Assembly: GCA_032161105.1 (NCBI GenBank)
Contig: JAVHTD010000001.1
Length of the DNA: 64,000 nt
Source: Candidatus Thermosaccharophagus tengchongensis
Lineage (GTDB): Bacteria; Armatimonadota; Fervidibacteria; Fervidibacterales; Thermosaccharophagaceae
Strand: one strand, 5' to 3'
Below the pieces are notes generated by a model that did no database searches, was not told the origin of the DNA, and saw only the letters and a program-made list of their open reading frames with translations. The position numbers were made by a program, and so were the translations under genes. Shown piece by piece: positions 1 to 8,590 of this stretch (positions within the stretch are counted from its first letter, which is position 1; each line of letters begins with the position of its first letter).

Positions 1-813
1 GGTTCCACCAATCCATTGCGCTTGCACCCGCTTGGCATACTTTTGCTCTCACTTTTGAGCGCCATACCCGTCGGAAGACGGGCTATCTTTTCCGAATTGC
101 AATCGCGAGAGCTGGCAACGCTCCTCAGGGCAAGGGAAGCTGCCGCAGATGATGTGGCACATGAAATGAAGACGCCGCTGACGGTGATTAAAGGGTATGC
201 CCTTACGCTGCTTCGCATGCCCTTTGGCGAAGTTGAGGAAGAGTTCTTGCGGGAATCGTTGATGGCAATTGCTGATGAGGCAGATCGCCTTACGAGGATG
301 ATAAACAACATGCTTGACATAGCGAGGCTTGAAGCCGGAAAGCCAGTCACATTGCGCCCGCAGCACATCAACTTAAAGACGATGCTCCTGCAGCTTTCGG
401 AGAGGATGCAGCGCTTGAGCGATAAACATGAGTTGAAGCTCCAATGGCTTGCTCGTGAAGAGGAGTTCACAATTGATGCCGACAAGGTCTACCAAGTGGT
501 GATGAACCTCGTGGACAACGCCATCAAATACTCCCCCAACGGCGGTGATGTGATAATACGGGTTGAGGATGTTGATGAGCGTCTGCGCGTATCGGTGATT
601 GACCAAGGCATTGGGATGAGTCCGGAACAGCAGGCACGCCTCTTCCAGCGGTTTGAGCGCTTCGTTGAGCCTAAGCGAAGGATAACGGGCACAGGCATCG
701 GATTGTATCTGATGAAGCAGCTTGTGGAGGCAATGGGCGGTGAGATGGGAGTCCAAAGTGAGCTTGGTAAGGGAAGCATATTTTGGTTCACGATTCCGAG
801 GGAGATGCGCTGA
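1..813 (+). CDS. Sensor histidine kinase, C-terminal part (HisKA + HATPase_c); 5' truncated by window edge
   Basis: H-box VAHEMKTPL, N-box NLVDNAIKYS, G1 DQGIGM, G2 GTGIGL; frame is open back to base 1. Confidence 0.9.
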   Translation, partial: GSTNPLRLHPLGILLLSLLSAIPVGRRAIFSELQSRELATLLRAREAAADDVAHEMKTPLTVIKGYALTLLRMPFGEVEEEFLRESLMAIADEADRLTRMINNMLDIARLEAGKPVTLRPQHINLKTMLLQLSERMQRLSDKHELKLQWLAREEEFTIDADKVYQVVMNLVDNAIKYSPNGGDVIIRVEDVDERLRVSVIDQGIGMSPEQQARLFQRFERFVEPKRRITGTGIGLYLMKQLVEAMGGEMGVQSELGKGSIFWFTIPREMR

Positions 814-861
814 TGGAAGCCTGCCCCACAGGAAGGTCGCATTGGCTCAAAGGATGGCGAA

Positions 862-1080
862 TCACTTGCGCCGCTGCCGAAGTAACACTGTGAGCATGCC
901 GACAAGCCACCCGAGAGCAAATGCGATGATGAGGGCGACGCACAGCGGGGCTGTTACGGGTTGCGTGAACGGGAGCAATGTCACATCCACAGATTGCCAA
1001 TTAGCCACGATGAAGCTGAGGACTATAATCCCGCATATAACGAGAAGCACTATGAGCGCCCATCGCTTCACGCCCTGCAT
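862..1080 (-). CDS. Small membrane protein, LapA/DUF1049-like
   Basis: Two hydrophobic helices around FIVANWQSVDVTLLP, then LIIAFALGWLVG and a basic tail; start may instead be at 1143. Confidence 0.65.
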   Translation of the reverse strand: MQGVKRWALIVLLVICGIIVLSFIVANWQSVDVTLLPFTQPVTAPLCVALIIAFALGWLVGMLTVLLRQRRK

Positions 1081-1297
1081 CGTGATGCCTTTAGTGGCTG
1101 GCTGTCTGGTCACATCTTCGTGCTGGCTATGCTGCTGGGTCACAACAGCTCACCTCGCTCTGGCTCTGAAGCGCACGAGTGGCTATCAAATGTTCATTAT
1201 GCGGGTTTGATTAAAGCGTTGCAAGCTGAGGGATCGTCTGTGTGATCAGGGCGCTTGTGTGAGCGGGATGGACAGAGATTGACCTGTGCGGTTTCAA

Positions 1298-1314
1298 TTG
1301 GCAATGGCGTTGCA
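1298..1314 (+). promoter_or_regulatory. Putative sigma54 (-24/-12) promoter of the hydrogenase operon
   Basis: TTGGCAATGGCGTTGCA fits TGGC-N7-TTGCW with exact GG-N10-GC spacing, ~60 nt upstream of the first operon gene. Confidence 0.6.
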
Positions 1315-1375
1315 TAAATCTCTGAATTCAGCGGGCAGTTTGGCTGAAGTAATTTGAGTAGCCCTATGGGGGGCA

Positions 1376-3313
1376 GTGGCGATGGTTAGCGCAAGGACAA
1401 CATGTGGCTTTTGTGGGTGCGGTTGTGGCTTATATGTGTTGAGCGACGGCGATGGCGTCATCGGTGTAATACCGAGTGAGGCTGATGTGGTTGGCGAGGG
1501 CAGGTTGTGTATTCGTGGATGGCATATATATCAGCCGCTCAGGGACACGGATAGGATTTTGCGAGCCATCGTCTCGCTCAACGGATCCAAGCGTGAAGCG
1601 GATTACAAAGATGCAGTTTCGCGTGCTGCTGAGGCGCTCAAAAAATTTTCTCCGAACCAGATTGGCATCATTGCTTCGGCAACGGGCACAAATGAGGACG
1701 CATACATAGCTACAAAGTTTGCCAGAGCTGTCATTGGCACAAATAACATTGACTTCCCGGGACGCCCAAGGCTTATGCCAACGCTGATGCAGCTTGGCTC
1801 GGTTGATGAAGGCATATCAATGCCATGCACATTAAACGAGTTGGCGGATGCCGACTTGCTCTTCTGCATTGGCATCGGTGCTTCAACTCGCTACCCGCAG
1901 GTCACGGCGCGCATTTTCAAATCCGTCGTTGAGATGAAACATCTTCTGCTCATAGACACATGGCACTCGGACTTCGCGCCGTATGCATCACTGCACATCT
2001 CGCCAAAGCCGTTTTCGGATGCCGTCCTTTTGAGGGCGCTCGCCGGCATCTTGGACAGCGCTGTTAAAGTTCCATTCTCCGATGACGAGGTTAGCTCCAT
2101 AACTGGCGTAAGCTCGGAGCAACTTAGGGCGATGGGCGATTTGCTTTTGGGCGGCAAGCGTTTGGCTGCAGTTTACGATACGGCATCTCTGATGCACATG
2201 TGCTCGCCACATTGCGTTCGTGAGCTGTTGGTGTTAATCAGAGCCCTCAGGGGGAGGGGCATTGAATGGTGCGGTATTTTGCCCATGGTTGAGCGATGCA
2301 ACTCAAACGGCGCATTGCGCATGGGCATTGCGCCCATGCTCCTTCCCGGGTTGAAGAGCATAACGGATGGCGAAGCGGTGCGACGGGCATGCTCAATTTG
2401 GGGCATTGATGGCTTGCCGCAAGTGATGGGCATGAGCACATCTCAAATGCTATCGGCAGCTGTGAGCGGTGACTTGAAGGCTCTGATCATCATCGGTGAC
2501 GATTTGCTGACCGATGTCCCGGATGAGCAGCGGCTCAGGGACGCGCTCAGCAAAGTTGAGTTGCTAATTGCTATCTCGTCATACCATTCGCCGCTCACGG
2601 AGGCAGCTCGGTTCGTATTCCCGAGGTCAATTTGGGGTGAGACAGTGGGCACGCTTGTGAACACGGAGGGACGAATGCGCCGGCTCATAAGGGTTGCCGA
2701 ACCACATGGTGATGCGATGCAGGAGTGGCAAGTGCTTTGCGACCTCGCAACGGCGCTCGGCTTCAAAATGAGCTATTCAAGCAGCGATGAAGTGCTTGAT
2801 GAGTTGAAGCGTTTTGTGCCCGAATATTCTGACATTGAGCTGGACGAGGTGGGAAAGGGCACATGCCTGCTCCGTGAAAAGCCGGCGTGCGCACCAGAGA
2901 ACATCACACACGAGGAAATCGCCATACCCGAATTGCCATCTCCCTCCGATGAGTTCCCGTTGCTGCTTCTGGTTGAGCGATACTACTTGCCGTGGCATGC
3001 GGATACACTTGCGCTTCACTCGTCAACTCTTCGGCGCGAGTTCAGGCTCCGGTTTACGCCATATGTGTTCGTCAATTCGGCGCAAGGACATTCGTTTGGC
3101 TTGCGAGATGGCATGCCGGCGCTCCTAAAGACACCGCAGGGGAGTGCACGCGTGACATCAGTCTTTAACGACGCCGTCCCAGCTGGCATTGCCATACTAC
3201 CCGAGATGTTCTTTGCTCAACTGCGCCAAGCAGTCGGACAGGAAAGGGTTGACGAGCTCACTGGGGCAACCATTTACCCGGTGACAGTGGCGGCATTGGA
3301 GCGTGCAAGATAG
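1376..3313 (+). CDS. Formate dehydrogenase alpha-like / NuoG-like molybdopterin oxidoreductase family protein, apparently lacking the catalytic Cys/Sec
   Basis: N-terminal CGFCGCGC...C 4Fe-4S motif; TNEDAY..KFARAVIGTNNID and GTLVNTEGR segments typical of FdhF; active-site loop reads NNIDFPGRPRLMP instead of NNxDxCARxC/UH. Confidence 0.75.
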   Translation: MAMVSARTTCGFCGCGCGLYVLSDGDGVIGVIPSEADVVGEGRLCIRGWHIYQPLRDTDRILRAIVSLNGSKREADYKDAVSRAAEALKKFSPNQIGIIASATGTNEDAYIATKFARAVIGTNNIDFPGRPRLMPTLMQLGSVDEGISMPCTLNELADADLLFCIGIGASTRYPQVTARIFKSVVEMKHLLLIDTWHSDFAPYASLHISPKPFSDAVLLRALAGILDSAVKVPFSDDEVSSITGVSSEQLRAMGDLLLGGKRLAAVYDTASLMHMCSPHCVRELLVLIRALRGRGIEWCGILPMVERCNSNGALRMGIAPMLLPGLKSITDGEAVRRACSIWGIDGLPQVMGMSTSQMLSAAVSGDLKALIIIGDDLLTDVPDEQRLRDALSKVELLIAISSYHSPLTEAARFVFPRSIWGETVGTLVNTEGRMRRLIRVAEPHGDAMQEWQVLCDLATALGFKMSYSSSDEVLDELKRFVPEYSDIELDEVGKGTCLLREKPACAPENITHEEIAIPELPSPSDEFPLLLLVERYYLPWHADTLALHSSTLRREFRLRFTPYVFVNSAQGHSFGLRDGMPALLKTPQGSARVTSVFNDAVPAGIAILPEMFFAQLRQAVGQERVDELTGATIYPVTVAALERAR

Positions 3314-3343
3314 CAATTGATGTGCTTGTGAGGGGTGGGGAGC

Positions 3344-4432
3344 ATGTCAGGCGCATCGGCGGAGATAAGAGCAATGGTGCTCCGCAAGGAAAGGCTCAAT
3401 GATTTGCTTTGGTCAATTGAGGGTCAGTTAGCTGCGCCCATTCGCCTTGAGCATGGCGAGGTTCACTTTGCGGTCAATCCGCCAATTGAGCAAATCTTGC
3501 AGGACTCAGATTATGTGAACAGCACAATATCGCCTGTGGCACTCCTTTTCCCGCAGACCGAGATCCTCTTCAATTTCAAGCTCAATGGCAAGCCGCAAAT
3601 TGAGTTCCCAAAGGAGCCACAGCCGCTGACCATATTCGGCATACGCTCGTGTGATGTTGCGGCAATGCGTTACCTTGAGATGTTCTTCTCGCGCAAGTTC
3701 ATTGACACCCCATTCATGGAGCGAGCCAGCAGGACAACGCTGATAAGCATAGCCTGCCAGCGTCCGGGAAGCAGCTGCTTTTGCCCATGTTGTGCTGGCG
3801 GTCCATTCCTTGAGGAGGGGCATGACATTCAACTCACCGACTTTGGAGACATCTTCCTCGTTGAGGTTGGCTCACATAAGGGCGCACAGTTTGCCGATGG
3901 GCGAATGGAGTTCTTTGAGCCGGCGCCATGCGAATTGATTGAGCGGCGAAACAGGGTGGCTGAGGAGACGCTGCAGAAGTTTCAGATTGCATCGCACATG
4001 GGCACTGGTGTCCGCAAATTGACATCAAGGTCGGTTTCAGAGGAGCTTTGGAATATGATGGCAGCGAGATGCATTGAGTGTGGCGGGTGCGCATTCGTGT
4101 GCCCGCTATGCACATGCTTTGATGTAGTTGACCACAAGCTTCCGCCAGATGGTGATGGGGCAGCTCGTGGTTGGCGGGAGAGGTGTTGGGATTGCTGTCA
4201 ATTTGCCGGCTACTCAATTGAGGCAGCTGGTGTTAATCCGCGCCCGAACAAGGTGAGCAGGTTTAAGCGCCGTTTCTATCACAAGCTCAGCTACTTCTAC
4301 ATGGAGATGGATGGGCGTGTTGGGTGCGTTGGCTGTGGGAGGTGCATCCAAGTCTGCTTTGGCGTCGTTGACATGCCGGCAGTGGTGAACACGCTTAGGG
4401 AAGAGAAGCTACTTGGGGTAAGGCTGAGGTAA
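3344..4432 (+). CDS. 4Fe-4S dicluster protein, AsrA / sulfhydrogenase beta (HydB) / FlxB-like
   Basis: FGIRSCD, C..CFC, CIECGGCAFVCPLCTCFD, WDCC and CVGCGRCIQVC motifs. Confidence 0.85.
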   Translation: MSGASAEIRAMVLRKERLNDLLWSIEGQLAAPIRLEHGEVHFAVNPPIEQILQDSDYVNSTISPVALLFPQTEILFNFKLNGKPQIEFPKEPQPLTIFGIRSCDVAAMRYLEMFFSRKFIDTPFMERASRTTLISIACQRPGSSCFCPCCAGGPFLEEGHDIQLTDFGDIFLVEVGSHKGAQFADGRMEFFEPAPCELIERRNRVAEETLQKFQIASHMGTGVRKLTSRSVSEELWNMMAARCIECGGCAFVCPLCTCFDVVDHKLPPDGDGAARGWRERCWDCCQFAGYSIEAAGVNPRPNKVSRFKRRFYHKLSYFYMEMDGRVGCVGCGRCIQVCFGVVDMPAVVNTLREEKLLGVRLR

Positions 4433-4484
4433 TTTTTGCGTGTATGTTCTTCAGCCTCGTTTGCTGTGGTGAGGTGAACTCAAC

Positions 4485-5378
4485 ATGGCAATGGAAGCAC
4501 TTCAAGCGGCATGTAACGGCAAGCATCTCTACGAACCGGTGTTGGCACGCATCGTTGAGATAACCGATGAAACGCCCGATGTGAAGACATTCACGCTTGA
4601 GCTTGAATGCGGCGCAATTGAATATCGTCCCGGGCAGTTTGCCGAGGTATCTGTGTTCGGCGTCGGTGAAGCGCCATTTGGCATCTCGTCAAGTCCGACA
4701 TGGACGAAGCGGACTGGGTATATCCAAGTGACTGTGCGTGCAGTTGGGAGGGTGACTGGTGCGCTCCATCAACTTAATGTTGGCGACTATGTTGGTGTGA
4801 GGGCACCATTGGGTAATGGTTTTCCGGTTGAGCGTGCCGAGGGTAAGCGCGTGATAATCGTCGGTGGCGGAATTGGCTTGCCGCCGCTTCGCTCCCTCCT
4901 CAATTACATGTTGGATAACCGTGAACGCTTCGGGAAGATAACTCTTCTCTACGGTGCACGCACACCTGCCGATAGGGTTTACAAGCGCGAGCTTGATGAA
5001 TGGGAAAGGCGAGATGATTTGGAATACCTGGACACGGTTGATATTGCCGATGAGGAGTGGCAAAGGCTCGGCAAGCGTGTTGGCGTTGTAACGACGCTCT
5101 TTCCGATAATAGACGAGCAAAGTCCCATTGACCCGCCAAACACGATCGCCTTCATCTGTGGACCGCCAATCATGATTCATTTCGTCATCATTGAACTTGA
5201 GAAGCGCAATGTGCCAGATGAGAACATCATCTCAACGCTTGAGCGACACATGAAGTGTGGCGTTGGCAAGTGCGGTCATTGCGCCATCGGGCACAAGTAT
5301 GTTTGCACCGATGGTCCCGTTTTTTCTTGGGCTGAGATGAAAGAGCTTGAATGGATGTGCGCTGAGCCAACTGTGTAG
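4485..5378 (+). CDS. FAD/NAD(P)-binding oxidoreductase, AsrB / sulfhydrogenase gamma (HydG) / FlxA-like
   Basis: PGQF, GEAPFGISS, GGGIGLPPLRS, LYGAR, CGPPIM and the ERHMKCGVGKCGHC...VCTDGPVF 2Fe-2S motif. Confidence 0.9.
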   Translation: MAMEALQAACNGKHLYEPVLARIVEITDETPDVKTFTLELECGAIEYRPGQFAEVSVFGVGEAPFGISSSPTWTKRTGYIQVTVRAVGRVTGALHQLNVGDYVGVRAPLGNGFPVERAEGKRVIIVGGGIGLPPLRSLLNYMLDNRERFGKITLLYGARTPADRVYKRELDEWERRDDLEYLDTVDIADEEWQRLGKRVGVVTTLFPIIDEQSPIDPPNTIAFICGPPIMIHFVIIELEKRNVPDENIISTLERHMKCGVGKCGHCAIGHKYVCTDGPVFSWAEMKELEWMCAEPTV

Positions 5379-5419
5379 TGCCTTAACCTCTCAATGGCGG
5401 TGAAAAGGGTGATACGGTT

Positions 5420-5908
5420 GTGCCTGAGGAAAACCAATTGGAGGTTCTCTGTCGGGTGTTGAGGGGGAGGGTGGCTATCATCGGTATCGGAAATGAGATG
5501 CGCGGTGATGATGCGGTTGGATGTTATGTGGCTCGATGCCTTGAGGGTGTTGAAGATATGCTCGTAGTAGAGGCTGGCGATGTGCCCGAAAACTATGTTG
5601 GTCTGCTGCGCGAGTATAAACCCGAATGTGTTGTATTCATTGACGCCGTTGATGTTGGGGCTGAACCTGGCTCAATTGTCATAGCAAGTGCTGATGAGCT
5701 ACCATCTTCTGCCGTTGTGTCAACGCATGGTATGCCGTTGAAGTTGCTTTCCGATTACCTGCTCCGTGAAGTTGGCGCCAGAGTGATGCTCATTGGGATA
5801 CAAGTGCGCAGGACAGCACTTAATGCGCCGATAAGCAAAGAGGTGTGTGAGGCAGCTGAAGCGATTGTTGAGTTGATTCGCTCAGCACGATTGGCAATGA
5901 GGGCTTAA
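5420..5908 (+). CDS. hycI: Hydrogenase maturation endopeptidase, HycI-like
   Basis: GIGNEMRGDDAVG, PEN, FIDAVD and STHGMPL motifs; located inside a hydrogenase operon. Confidence 0.85.
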   Translation: MPEENQLEVLCRVLRGRVAIIGIGNEMRGDDAVGCYVARCLEGVEDMLVVEAGDVPENYVGLLREYKPECVVFIDAVDVGAEPGSIVIASADELPSSAVVSTHGMPLKLLSDYLLREVGARVMLIGIQVRRTALNAPISKEVCEAAEAIVELIRSARLAMRA

Positions 5909-5992
5909 AGCCATGACATTGAAATTGGCGATAAGCGCTTCAGACGGTGGTGAGGGAGCCTGATTTGCCCCGGTTGCAGAGGCAGGCGGGAA

Positions 5993-6967
5993 TTGGTCAG
6001 CATGATATGGGTGATTTTGCACGCAAGTTTATCGCCTGCTACGGCAACAGTAGTGCAAGTTGCCGAGAGCGGAGAAAAGCAAGTTCGCCTCTTTAAGGTG
6101 GCATCGTTTAAGGTTGACCAATTGCCAGTGCTTGCCACTCGCTTTTCCGGCGAGATGCTGATGGCGCTTACTAAGGGAGGAAAAGCATGTGCTTTGAATG
6201 TGACGGCGCGCAAGCGTGTGCGTGAGTTTAAGTGTGCGGATAAACTCATTAAAGTCGGTGCGTTCTCAGGCGATGGCAAATGGCTTGCTTGTTCCGACGA
6301 GAGCCAAGTCGTTAAAGTTTATGAGTTAGCCAGCGGTAAGGAAGTTGCAACCATAAGGGGACATGGCGGCGAGATAAGGCAAATGGCATTCTCGCCGCAT
6401 GGAGAGTTGCTCGCAATCGCTTGCGAAGGTTGTTGCAACATGGAGGGAGATACACGCCTTTGGTGGGCAAAGTCGGGCAAGCTTTTTCGCAGGTTAAGTG
6501 GTGATGCCTTTAGCGTTGCATTTCTGGGTGGCAGCAAGCTTATTGCAGTTGGCGGAAGGAATGCTGTGGCAGTTTGGGATGTGAGTGAGGGGAAGATGGT
6601 GCGGAGGTTGCAAGTTGGGTTAAAGGTGAACAACATCTGCTTCTCTGACAAGCGTGGGTTGCTGATAGCCAGCGCTGCTGATGGTGTTCGTCCATTTGAG
6701 CTTTCAAGTTGGCGCGTTAAGCCGTTGATTGAGGTAAGGCGTGCAAGTTCGCTTTCATGCTCTCCGGATGGCTCGCTGCTCGCCGTTGGCACTTACGATG
6801 GTGTCACTGTTGTGGACACCATCAGATGGAAAGCCATTCTTCGGCTCACTGAACACGGTGGTTCTTTTACATCGGTGGCATTTTCTCAAGACGGAGCATT
6901 GCTTGCAGCCGCGAATGTTGGTGGGATGGTAGTGGTGTGGAAAGTGGTGAGGCAAAAACAGCGATAA
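5993..6967 (+). CDS. WD40-repeat beta-propeller protein
   Basis: Repeated AFSxDGxxLA / GH...W[DK] units; hydrophobic N-terminus; start uncertain (5993 or 6002). Confidence 0.75.
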   Translation: MVSMIWVILHASLSPATATVVQVAESGEKQVRLFKVASFKVDQLPVLATRFSGEMLMALTKGGKACALNVTARKRVREFKCADKLIKVGAFSGDGKWLACSDESQVVKVYELASGKEVATIRGHGGEIRQMAFSPHGELLAIACEGCCNMEGDTRLWWAKSGKLFRRLSGDAFSVAFLGGSKLIAVGGRNAVAVWDVSEGKMVRRLQVGLKVNNICFSDKRGLLIASAADGVRPFELSSWRVKPLIEVRRASSLSCSPDGSLLAVGTYDGVTVVDTIRWKAILRLTEHGGSFTSVAFSQDGALLAAANVGGMVVVWKVVRQKQR

Positions 6968-6982
6968 GGTGGGTGTTCAAGT

Positions 6983-8491
6983 ATGGATAACATGGTTGTT
7001 TGGTGCATGCTCCTCATTGCCATTCCGGGTATCAGCGGGATTGTATGTGCGCTCTTGCCTGATAGGGCTTCGCGCATTGTTGCCACATTTGCGTCTCTCG
7101 CCACAGCCGGTGTTGGCTTATGGTTGATTGGCAACTATGGGTTTGAGGAAAATGTCGCGGAGTTGGGTGGCTTGGCTTGGATAACCAAGGTTGCAGGGGT
7201 AAGGGTCAACTTGTTTGGCTTCATCATTGATCCGCTAACGAGCATCATGCTATCGCTCGTTGTCGTGATTGGCTTCCTTGTCGTGCTTTATTCAACCGAC
7301 TACATTAGTTCCGGCAACAGGGAGCATCCAGTGACTAAAGGCGCATCGCGCTATTTCAGTTGGATGCTCTTATTCATCGCCTCAATGGCTGGCGTCGTCA
7401 CCTCTTCCACATTCCTTCAGCTTTTTATCTTTTGGGAGCTAACGACGCTGTGCTCATGGGCGCTCATCTCGTTTGACTATGATGATCCGGAAGCCATGCG
7501 TGCGGGCTACAAGGCGTTGTTGATGACGCATGTTGGTGGGCTGTTCTTGATGACCGCTGTCGTATTGCTCTTTGCGCACACGAGGTCGTTTGATTTTAAC
7601 GCCATGACTCGGCTCACTCCGACCATGCAAGCCACATTGATAGTGCTGATGTTCATAGGCGCTTGGGCGAAGGCTGCGCAGTTTCCATTTTACACATGGC
7701 TTCCCGATGCAATGGTTGCACCAACGCCGGTCAGCGCATATTTGCACGCTGCTGCCATGGTCAAAGCCGGAATATACTTGCCAGCAAGGGCAGTGCTTGC
7801 AGTTCGTCCATTCCTGAAAGCCTTCCAATCAACGGCTCTTGACACTGCTGGAATACTTATGGGCGCACTCTCAATCATCACGATTATCGTGGGGTGCTAC
7901 ATGTTCTTCTACCAAGACGACTTGAAACGCTTGCTCGCTTTTTCAACGATAGTTCACCTTGCGCATGTCCTGATGGAGTGGGCATGCGGTTCACTTGGTT
8001 GCTCAATATGCTATCAAAGCGGCTTAGTGCACATTATCGCTCACGGTGTTGGGAAAGGTTTGCTTTTCCTATCTGTTGGTGCGGTGGCATATGCGACCGG
8101 CACAAGGCGCATAAGTCAACTCAGTGGTGTTGGCTTAAAGATGCCGATTGTAACGGTTGGCTTTCTCATCGGTGTGCTGACCATCTCAGGTTTACCACCG
8201 TTTGCGGGCTTTTGGAGCAAGCTTTATTTTGTCGCTGGAGCAATAACGCTTGGCAGATGGGGTATACTTTTTGTCATCGTGGGTCTGGTTGATGCCATCA
8301 TACGATTTGGTTGGTTCATATGGGTAGCTCACAAAGTGTTTGCCGGCGAACCATCAGAGCCAGTCCGCAATGCCAGCGGGATTCCACTTGCTATTGGGAC
8401 AGCGGTTGTCATCATGATGCTGCTTTGTTTTGTTTCAACACCATTTGCTGTGCAAATGGCTGCAACTGCTGTTGGGCTTTGTGTTGGTTGA
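6983..8491 (+). CDS. hyfD: Hydrogenase-4 membrane subunit D-like (NuoL/MrpA antiporter family)
   Basis: Polytopic membrane protein with FWELTTLCSWALI and FYTWLPDAMVAPTPVSAYLHAAAMVK. Confidence 0.75.
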   Translation: MDNMVVWCMLLIAIPGISGIVCALLPDRASRIVATFASLATAGVGLWLIGNYGFEENVAELGGLAWITKVAGVRVNLFGFIIDPLTSIMLSLVVVIGFLVVLYSTDYISSGNREHPVTKGASRYFSWMLLFIASMAGVVTSSTFLQLFIFWELTTLCSWALISFDYDDPEAMRAGYKALLMTHVGGLFLMTAVVLLFAHTRSFDFNAMTRLTPTMQATLIVLMFIGAWAKAAQFPFYTWLPDAMVAPTPVSAYLHAAAMVKAGIYLPARAVLAVRPFLKAFQSTALDTAGILMGALSIITIIVGCYMFFYQDDLKRLLAFSTIVHLAHVLMEWACGSLGCSICYQSGLVHIIAHGVGKGLLFLSVGAVAYATGTRRISQLSGVGLKMPIVTVGFLIGVLTISGLPPFAGFWSKLYFVAGAITLGRWGILFVIVGLVDAIIRFGWFIWVAHKVFAGEPSEPVRNASGIPLAIGTAVVIMMLLCFVSTPFAVQMAATAVGLCVG

Positions 8492-8590
8492 ACATGCTCA
8501 GCAACTCCTTAAGCGATTGCTCATTTGAAGCTTTTCGGCGTCCTTGCGAGGTGGATAGCTTGCACAGGCAAAAGTGAGGTGGCAGAAGTT

